Part shown: positions 39,286 through 49,522 of the stretch, in pieces
Layout: every line of letters starts with the position of its first letter
How positions within the stretch are numbered: the stretch's first letter is position 1
NCBI RefSeq assembly: GCF_964204645.1
Contig: NC_134030.1
Location: 9,265,222-9,329,221 of the forward strand
DNA length: 64,000 bases
Source: Tubulanus polymorphus
Lineage: Eukaryota > Animalia > Nemertea
Direction of reading: 5' to 3'
Position numbers and translations under genes: made by a program
Notes under the pieces: model-generated
Database searches by the model: none
Told to the model about the DNA's origin: nothing
Seen by the model: the letters and a program-made list of their open reading frames with translations, nothing else

Positions 39286-39715
39286 TACCTGTCTGTCACA
39301 CCTGCTCTCCGTGCGACGTTTTGGTCCGTAATATCGTTAATGATCAATTAATCTGTGAAAATTATGCATCAATTTGTTCAGTAAGATATTTGCATTCAAA
39401 AATTAATCATGAATTGGCATAAATTTGTTTGTGTTTTCATCTATCGGCGATTGTATACCTAGCATACGCTCGCGTAATGCTGAAAAACGGCTTTTTTGGT
39501 CGGTCACGTGGCGCCGCCTACTGTATTTTGTTATGCTAAAGAGAAGGTGATGACGTCACTGTAACGTTTTGTTTATCATTAATTAATTTATTGTGGGATT
39601 TTATTCATATCGTTTTATCACGGATATTGTGATCTTCAATTGATTCACGTCACTGTAACGTTTCCGAGCGTCCGCGGAGCGGATTTTTAAGCATTACGCG
39701 AGCGCACTAATCTAC
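39286..39715. repeat. Dispersed repeat (probable non-autonomous DNA element) with a second copy at ~53480-53935
   Basis: Shared blocks gaattggcataaatttg...gctgaaaaacggctttt...ggtgatgacgtca...gcgtccg.ggagcg...gcattacgcgagc, plus ctgtctgtcacac matching gtgtgacagacag in reverse. Confidence 0.7.
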
Positions 39716-40808
39716 TTAAGTTCTTTAAGATCATTCATTATATTTTGATAATGTTGTTTCTTCTTTATTGTATAATCCAATAATGTATGTAAAACGTTAA
39801 GGCACAATAAAGATTTTATTGAATTGAATTGAATTGAATTCATTAAATAATCATCATTCAATCAATCACTTACAGATGTATTGTATGGTATTGTTTTGGG
39901 TTCGATACAATGTTTATAGTGGAGCAATAAGCTATACTGAAACTGAAAATTTCATGAAAATCTCGACTCGATTTTTTCTTTCACAAGGATTATCGTACGC
40001 TCCTAGGACAACCGTTGAATCCCGTGCTTAACGACAAAATATTCTTCTACTGCCTTGTAAAATTAAAAGTGATGACTACATGATACCAAAACACATTCGA
40101 TTTTCGATATTTCATTCTGAGATAAACAAAAGAAACAGCCGTTACATCTTTGTAATTGTCTTCTTTCTCAACCGTCACTTGAAGTCTCTTCTGACTTGTG
40201 GTACAATAAACCAATACATATCACCAATGATTTCAGATTGAGTTTCATTTCCTTAAAAGGTGTATACGTATATTCATACAGACTTTTTTCCGAGAATCGT
40301 GTTTCTTTTTTGTCAAAAATTGACTTCACGCATTTTATGTTTTTTTTCTCACCATTATTTATGCAATGTACGAGTATCTTTAACGTGTAACGTACATACT
40401 GTTTAACCTGTTCAACTTTTACACTGCTAAGTTGAGGGCATGTATAATATAAAAATTCATATATAGACTTCATAGTCTTATTGAGGTTCATATGGAATAT
40501 CTTGGTTTAAAATGTGCCCAGGGGTCAGGTTCATGAAAAAGTGTAAGCTTAAAACGATTTAGTTGGAATTGAATGTGAATGTGTCTCTTAATGTAATAAA
40601 CATAACACGCAATTCTGTTACGGTGTGGTTTCGTCCTGCATTCAAATTTCAACGTCTCTTGATTGCCATCGAAAATCAATAGAAACGATATCTCGCGGTT
40701 GTTTGATTATTAATTGATTATCGATGGCGTACAGTTACATTTATGATGTGATGATGAACTTTATAAAGTTTATACACATTTCCCATTTATTGGTCTCTCG
40801 CATCGGTA

Positions 40809-43183
40809 ATGCCACTAATGATTCTGCTGCAGTTATTTTTACTGGTATCCGTTGTATTAAGCCAGGACCAGGCGGATTTTATTCAGGTTACAAGTAATTA
40901 TGAAAACGGATATCTATGTCCGAATGATGCGAAAATCGAGGCCCAGTGCGGTAGTATGTGCTTACGATTAGGAACAGCCAAATGTTTGGGGTTCGTATTT
41001 GATAAACAGCGATGTCTGATATTCACACACACAGCGTGCGCGTCGCCAACACGGTTTGAGGATATCAATGCACCCGTCTATATTTTCCCTAAAACCGGTA
41101 AGAGACTAAAAAGATTTTGACGCCGTAAAAACCATTACGATAATGTTCATATACACTGATACCTTGTATGCGTTATTTAAGGGGTTTCTGTGTTAGTTTA
41201 TGTGCACAACGTCATCAATATTGGCGTTTCGAAATAACAATTACAATGATAATTGTGAATTTTGGCGTTTACGTTTTAACTACTTATATTTCGTAACTTA
41301 AAATTTTGATAAATTTTTGAGAGGATGTGCACTACATTATCAATATATCGGGGCTAGACTGGTTGTCGGTGAATTCAACTAAGTTATCGGTAGTCAACTA
41401 AATAAAAATAAACTAATCGTAATTGTACTAGCCTCAGCAAACTAACTAAAAAAGCTTTAAAAAGATTTAAATCAACATTGTGAAAATATAGATTAATCGT
41501 AAGCTTGATTTTCAGATGGCGCATCAACTGGCTACTCGATGGCTGTGACCACCTCTGAATCGACCAATAGCACAAATTCTACGGCGTCAGAAGATACATG
41601 TAAATCTGACTTTAGAAGGGTAACGACGTCCGACGGGAAATCTTCCTGTTTTAGATTGATCGGTTGGTCGAATGCGACCGAACGCTTGAACTGGAACGAC
41701 GCAGCGACCTACTGCCAAAGTACGGGAGACAAATTAGCCGAACCACAAACTGTTGAGATGTACGATGAACTCGTATATGAATTTTTCACAGGTCCATCAG
41801 CGGTTACTGTTCCTTCAGGTTAGTGCGACCATCAATTCTGCATTAACCGATATGCTTTATGTTAGTTATATATAAAGTAGAACTCTGAACTGTAACTTAT
41901 TACAAAATAAACGCCAAAATTCACAATTGTAACTGCTATTTTGACACGCCAATATCGATGACGCAGTGCACATCGAGTGACACACGGAACGCCTATTTAC
42001 TTATAACTTGTTATTCAATTAACTGTTCACCTTTGTCATTTGAATTATGTATGTGGTCCTACTCGACATGGCGGTCATTCAATATATATGAAGACAAGAT
42101 CCGCTCCGATAGTTTAGATTTAACGATTTAAATTCATAGCGAATCAATTCAATAAATACTATTACAGCTTAGTTAATAAACTATAGAGTCTAGATTGTAT
42201 GTCAATGTTCATACTTATCAGTCCTGTTCCACAGAATCGAGTCTTATGTTAAGACCATAGTATTGAGAATCAATGAAGTTATTCTGGCTTGAATATATCG
42301 ATAATTGAATTGAACTGACCGGCAACCAGTCCAGGCCCGATATTTTGATGACGAAGTGCACATCCTCTCGAAAATAATGATCAAAATTCATAAAAAAACA
42401 AATTAAGCGTTATGAAATATATTTAGTTCCAAAAAATCAGAAATGTAATAGTTATTTTGACAACCAGTCTTAAGTCCCGGGTGACGGGAGAAGAAAATAT
42501 AGATATGAAATATATCTAATGACAAAATAAACGCCAAAATTCACAATTGTAACTGCTATTTTAAAACGCCAATATTGATGACGTAGTGCATATCGACTCA
42601 CACGGAACCCATAATATGTTTCAATATATATAAACATTATTGTAACGGTTTAAACGGCGTCAAAGATCATACAAATCATACCGGCTGAAAGGTACTTCAA
42701 TCGTTGGAACCGGGGCATGAGAGGGCCGCCTTCGTTTTAGATGGCGTTTCTAAAATCCTTCCACCGTGTGATTCAAATTATAGGCCTATGCAATATTAAT
42801 TATTGACTCTGGAAAGGCACCAAACGTGTTCAGCGTCTTCCTACAAACTTTCATGAACAGTGAGTGGGAATAAAAAATGGATAACACGAAAAACAAGAAA
42901 ATTTCGAAAACGATAAACCTACAAACAATCGTAAATGAAAATACCTTTCTTTTTAGGAAATGCAGGTACGCCTAAAGTAATTTGGCTGGGTCTCCGAGAT
43001 GAAGATGGAAATGGAGAAACTACACCATTTTGGCAGGTTATAGGCACAAGCATCGGATACACAAACCGTTGGGACGCAAACCCACAATTTGAAAAATACT
43101 GTATGGGCCACAGACTTACCAGCAACAAATTATCTGGGGGATTATGTGGAACTCAACATCCTTTCATCTGCGAACAATTGTAA
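40809..43183 (+). CDS. Array copy E: short ~28-aa stalk. Exons 40809-41097, 41516-41818, 42957-43183
   Basis: Same architecture, intact; closest paralogue of pseudogene B. Confidence 0.88.
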
Positions 43184-43830
43184 ATTAAAATAGAACTATG
43201 CACTTTCACCATTTAATTTTCGATTTTTGTTTTTAGTTCAGTTAAATAGACCAGCCGCGCTAATAAAAGAGAAATGATTTGCCGTACAGCTTTCTATGAA
43301 CGATTGCTGACGAAATGGCCAGAATGCCTCGAGTTAACTGACCACGTGAAATATGAAATGCGAAAATCATTCGTATCAGTTATTGAGATGTATTGAGTAA
43401 AATGGCAATCCTTAACTCTTGTTAGATGTGGATATCTTTGATCGATACATGACGTTATCTAAATGATATATAATCGTCGTTACTAAACAAAATATAGCAA
43501 TTACTCGTACGACATTCATAATGTTGATAATAATTTTGTTTTGTTTTTCTTTATTGCATTTCTCTTTTTTCTTCTTCACTTTTCTCTGTTGAGGAACCTG
43601 TTTTATGTAAACTATTTCTAAGTTTCTACAGACCCCTCCAAGTCCAATTTACTGTATTTTGTATTATACTATTATACACGTATGCTGTGAATCATATTTG
43701 AAAAAATAAAGCATTCCTTCATTGAAAAAGAAAAATGATGATGATGATGATGATGATACGACAGATGTAGAAAGACTATGTTTCATTTTGGTTTTCATAG
43801 ACAAGCGACTGAATGATATCAATGAAGTGA

Positions 43831-43984
43831 AAAACCCACGATAAGATGAAAAAAAAAACTAGGAGAGAATCTGACGTTTCGACTCAAATCGATGAGCCAT
43901 TTTCAAAATCAGATTCTAAAAATGGCTCATAGATTTGAGGCGAAACGTTGGATTATCATAGTTTTTCATCTTATTTAGGGTTTT
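43831..43984. mobile_element. Palindromic Penelope-like element remnant
   Basis: Inverted arms aaaaccc...ataagatgaaaaa...gacgtttcgactcaaatc.atgagccatttt / aaaatggctcat.gatttgagg.cgaaacgtt...tttttcatcttat...gggtttt. This resembles tail-to-tail PLE pLTR fragments. Confidence 0.6.
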
Positions 43985-44999
43985 AACCTTACGAAGTTTC
44001 ATGTCACAAGCTGTGAAGGAAAAACAAACTACGTAGGAGTGAGTGGCTTTCCTATATACTGAAAATCTTAGATATGACAAACGAGTATGAATGCAAAAAT
44101 CTATAAAATGTTTGTTTCCCTTCAGTCACTCAATGATTACGGTACTCCCGTTTTCCTTAATTCTAAGGGCAAACAGCTACGTAATCATGCAGTCTCGCTT
44201 TATACAGCAAGAGTCAAAGTTTCTTTAACTTATACTAAATATATATTGTTCAATGCCCGCTTTAAACCACTGTAAATCGATTCACAAGTATTCACGTATT
44301 TCTTCCCATTTAAACTGTGTCTGTGTGAATTCTGTAACTGCATGAATGCGTGTATCGTGAAGGAACATGTTTTTGTGCTCTGCGGCAAATGTAATTTTTT
44401 GGAGCAATAAACTAATTGTAATAATCAAATTCCCTTAAATCATCTGATGAACCCTAACTTGCCTTAGCTCTAGTCGTTTTATATTAGTCCAGTTTCTGGT
44501 CATCTTCCTTAGAAAGATGTCGATTAGTTTAAAACGTTTGGCGATCTTATTTTGAGACAAATCAGAATTCGTATTCCAAAAATCATTCTTTTTCTCTCAT
44601 GTCCCTATACGTAGGACACTCATCCGTAGTTTACTTAATTTCGATTGATATTGGATGCAATCTACGCGTAAAATAATTCTTCTTAAGTTGAAAAAATCGC
44701 CGAGTCTATGGTTTGCAGAAATGAATACGGCGTGGCTTCGATTTTCAATATTAACTTTCGTAAACATACAATAGGCCTTCGTTGTTTTGTATATATGGCT
44801 AATACCTATTGAAGTAAAAAACCGATAGCACGCTCTTCCTGTCATTCTCTTCCGTATTTGTTTCCTTGGACGGACTTCACGCGCGCTACCGCTCACGAAA
44901 AAAACTTCCTCTGCTTGGTAAACGGTTAGAAAAACCGATATTCACGAATATGATTCCGTGATTTGTTCAGTAAATTCCCATGGTCACGCTATGATCGGA

Positions 45000-45772
45000 A
45001 TGGCACTGGCAATGTTATTACCGTTGTTTCTGCTGGTATCCTCAGCTTTAGGTGAAGATCAAGGTGACTTCGTCCTAGTAACGAGTTATCCCAAACGCGC
45101 ATTCCGATGTTTTAACGACGCGAAAAGTCAGGCTCAATGCGGTAGTGTGTGTTTAAGGTTAGGACCAGCCAAATGTTTGGGGTTTGCATTTGATGAACAG
45201 CGATGTTTGGTTTTTACAAACGTAGCGTGCGCGTCACCCACACATCAGGATGTGAAATTAAACGCCGGTAAAAGATCTATCTACATTATCGCAAATGTCG
45301 GTGAGTTATCAAGTACACCTATCATATTCTATTCTAAGCTATTTTGATGTCGAGCTATTTTGAAATTCGACATAATAAGTCAAATTTTGACATCAATAAC
45401 TCGATTTTCGGTAAAAAAATAACTCGAATTCCGACATGATAATCGGGAAATTATTTTTACTGTAAATATTTTGAATGCAATTCATTTTTCACAGCAGATT
45501 TATTCTAACCTGCATACGAATATATTTTCATGGAAATTTAATTTCTATGACGAACTTGTTTTGTCAAGAAATATGTTTATACAGCTACCACGAATTTATA
45601 GCGTTATTGCGAATTTGGAAATTCTATAAATCTTTCAGGGATATATACTTTTTCGATGAACATGATGTATGCTAAAAAGTTAAAATCTGATAAGATTTTT
45701 CCGCGCTAATGAAGTGATAACTTTGCATGTATTAACAATATTTTCAGACCCCACAACAACTGCAACAACAAT

Positions 45773-45803
<31 letters not shown>

Positions 45804-46676
45804 GCAACCACCAATTCTGCGACCAGTAATCAATCGGTCATCACAGCCATGGCGAATGCTACCGGTTCTATAACTTCCAATGCGATTGATCCCAATGCAA
45901 CTAATACAGCCACCAATACACATACAACCAGCCCACTGACTACCCCAGACACCAGCCCACCAATAACCACAGACACCAGCCAGCTGACAACTACAGACAG
46001 CAGTCCACATACGACTGAAAACACCAGTCCATCGACAACCAACGATATAAAGATTAGTACAACCAACCACCAATCAACAACTCAAGTTGATCCACCATCA
46101 ACTACATCGACTGTTAACCCGATTACTACACAGGATAAAAATGCAATTCTACTTGGCTTTAAAAGAATAACAACGCTAAGCGGTGCTTCTTCGAGTTTTA
46201 AATTGATGGGTTGGTCAATAGACAAGGCTGATGGTTCAAGGTGGAATAAGGCTGTTACCGCCTGCAGTGATATTGGATCCAAACTAGCCGAACCAAAAAC
46301 TGCTGACATGTTCGATAAGCTGGTCTATGAATTTTTCACAGGTCCATCAGCGGTGACTGATCTTTCAGGTAATTTCATATTCAGTAAAACCGACGCGGCA
46401 AACATATTTTCTCCCACACGCCAAATGATTTACAAATTATCGTAATATCTTTTAGAAGATCATCTGAAAATTATTTGGCTAGGTCTGAAAAACCTAGATG
46501 GATCACAACCCGGTTCGGTTTGGCGAAGTACAAATACTACAATTGGATACACAAATCGCTGGGACGAAGAAAAACCGAAGCTTGGAAAAGAATGTACAGG
46601 AATCAGACGACCACGTTTTAAGCTCTCAGGGGAGGGTTGTAAGAAGAAACACCCTTACATATGTGAGCAACTGTAG
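45000..46676 (+). CDS. Array copy F: ~133-aa stalk with an (ACT)n poly-Thr run. Exons 45000-45300, 45748-46368, 46456-46676 (alternative ATG at 44991)
   Basis: Exon 3, which is not in the ORF track frame, reads EDHLKIIWLGLKNLDGSQPGSVWRSTNTTIGYTNRWDEEKPKLGKECTGIRRPRFKLSGGGCKKKHPYICEQL*. Confidence 0.88.
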
Positions 46677-47708
46677 GATGAACAAAAAGCCCGAATGAAT
46701 TCCTGCAATGATTTGTGAGCACAGTTAACTGTCTCTTCTGATATGCAATTATGAAACGTTTAGGTCGCGTGCGCTACTGTTGGACTCAATTCGAGTACAA
46801 TGTATTTCGAATCCGTCTTTGCAAAGTCATCGGCTTCATCGATTCCGCTTTACTATACTTGCCGGATAATCAAAGATGATACACGTTTGTAAGAGCGCGC
46901 GTGGGATGCACGAAAAATAATTTTTGTCGTGACATATTCATTTTAAGCTAGTACTATACACGTATAAACATGTATAATCATGATAGCTTGATTTTTGAAA
47001 TCTTGGACACTACACACAGATTTTCATTTAATCTACATAGGTACTTACATATATTTATTACTTCTTATTCAATATTGTAAATAGACCTTTGTACAGAAGT
47101 GTCATGGGGACCTATCCTAACAAAATTTTCGAGGTTAATTCCGAGTTTGTAACTCGGAGTAAACTAGTTTTCTAAGTTAAAAGGTTTCGAAAGATGTTTT
47201 CAAATAGATATATCCCCAGCACGCTTCCGTACTATATTGCTTTGTGTTCATAGTGGGGCAATAGATAAATTGAATTGACGTGAATTCTCGACTTTATCTT
47301 AAACTGTATCTTTAACAACCGTTGAATTCTGCGCTGAACTGCAATAGCACTTCTACGCTAGAAATATAGGAAGACATTTTGGCCCATCTTTATGTACATT
47401 GTATGATTATTTCCTTCCGAGGACTACGTAGCATTGGAATACATTCGATTTCGATGAAGCGATATTTTTGTCTTTGGAGTACATGTACATATACTGGAGT
47501 ACGCCGATGTAGAAGTTACGTCGATAGCGTCATTGTGATAGTATGTTCTCAACCGTCACTTAAAAATCTTTCGTCCGACTTATGGCACAATAAACCAATA
47601 TCACAAGTGATTTCTTGGGTTTTGTTTTACCTAACTGTATTCATATACATCCGGGATCTCTTTAACTTGCTGAAGTTAGTTGGCATTGCCGGTCACGCTG
47701 TCATAAGA

Positions 47709-49332
47709 ATGGCACTACTAAAATGTTTACGGTTAACTCTACTGGTATCCTTAGCAATGGGCTATGACGCGGGTGACTTCGTTCTAGTAACGAGTTATCC
47801 CAAACTCGCATTCCGATGTGCTAATGATGCAAAAACGGAGACTCAGTGCGGTAGCATTTGTTTAAGGTTAGGACAAGCCAAATGTTTGGGGTTTGCATTC
47901 GATGAACAGCGATGTTTGAGTTTTACAAATGTAGCGTGCACCTCACCCACGCAGCAGGACGTGGAACTAAACGCCAATAAACGATCAATTTACATTTTCT
48001 CTAATATCGGTAAGTTATTCATTATTCGATGTGATTAAATCAGCTTAAAATGAGATATAAATCCATAATATACAATCTATATTTAATGTGGTCATAATAT
48101 GAGGTTGTTGAAATAGGTTTGTTTCGACGCTTTAAGATACACTCAACTTATTACTGAAAGAAATGCCAAGTTAATACTGTCAGATCCTGCTATCATGTTT
48201 GTTCATAGACTGCTGCAAAGTGTTTTCGTATCTATGTTTTGTATTCTTCTTTTTTACACTTAATTCTAGTTTCTTTCCTTTTTATTGTGAAAAACCAATA
48301 ACGATATCCGTATATTTCGGTGAATATGAAATTGAAATTGAATATGTATTCTTCCTTTTAAAACCTCCCTCAAAATTCTCAGATTATTGATCCGAGTATT
48401 ATCAGCTTCCAGGACAACAACAACAACAACAACAACAACCGCATCCGGAAATTTACTGACGAATGAAATAACTACCGACGCCAGCTCACCAACTGGCAAG
48501 CATACATCCCAGTCGACAACTGCAGGAGACGCTACTTCACCGACAACCACGGGCTCTAGCTCAACAACCTCAGCCACCACCCCACTTACGATTATTGGTA
48601 CCAGCCAACCTACAACCACTGTTACAAGCCCACTAACCACAACGATGTCTACGGACGCGAGTGCTCCAACTACCAGCGACGCCGGCACTTTTACTGCAGT
48701 CAACCATCCATCGGGATCTGAACCAGGCAGTCAACCGCCACTTTCTTCAACCGCTGAATCAATCACTTCAGTGACAACATACGTTTGTCAACCTGGCTTC
48801 AAAATGATTACGGCATCAGGTGGAACTTCGTCGTGTTTCAAATTAGTTGGTTGGTCAGCGGAAACCATTGGCTTGGTTTGGAAATCGGCACTCGCCGCTT
48901 GCAGCGATATTGGAGCCAAACTGGCTGAGCCAAAAACAATTGATATGTACGATAAAGTGGTCCACGAATTTTTCACAGGGCCATCAGCGGTGCCCATCTA
49001 TTCAGGTAATCTATACTTACATTTACAATCGTCACTAATCCTCATAATATTTAGCGACGCCAAATACACAGTCGATTTTCTTTTCATATCTGAATTAAGG
49101 AACACATTTGGGAGTCATCTGGCTGGGTCTAATAGACCGAGATGGAAAAAATCCCGGTCTACCGGTTTGGCAGAGCCAAAACGAAAGCATCGCTTACACC
49201 AACCGCTGGGATACGATCGACCCACAATTCGATAAACAATGCATGGGAATTGGAAATACGGGATTTAGATTATCTGGAGGTGGTTGTCGGAAGAAACACC
49301 CATACATATGTGAGCAAGTGAAGAAAAACTAG
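47709..49332 (+). CDS. Array copy G: ~127-aa stalk. Exons 47709-48009, 48406-49005, 49100-49332
   Basis: Same architecture and intact frame. The acceptors (attatcag, aattaag) are weaker than in the other copies. Confidence 0.82.
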
Positions 49333-49390
49333 TTCCGACTGAATCTTATAATCATTTATTCGTAAACAATGACATCTATTTACCGCACTA

Positions 49391-49467
49391 AAGGCTGATT
49401 TTCACGAGCGGTTTTCATCTAGCTTTTTCCAGCTGCCGCAGGAAACCGCTCATGAAAACCAGCCTTA
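49391..49467. repeat. Short hairpin/MITE between the convergent copy G and GT32 stop codons
   Basis: aaggctgattttcacgagcggtttt ... ggaaaccgctcatgaaaaccagcctt inverted arms. Confidence 0.7.
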
Positions 49468-49522
49468 ATACTTCTAACATGAAGACTGAAAATACAAAAG
49501 AAACATTTTTTCGGTTTAGAAA

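Noticed and set aside
47379-47708. 110-codon N-terminal extension of the copy G ORF
   Set aside because: Starts at TTG; paralogues begin at the signal-peptide ATG (47709), and part of this stretch matches non-coding DNA at ~40170-40220.
35739-48703. Val-rich hydrophobic minus-strand ORFs opposite copies C, D, F and G
   Set aside because: Antisense shadows of Thr-rich stalks (ACN codons read as Val/Gly on the opposite strand).
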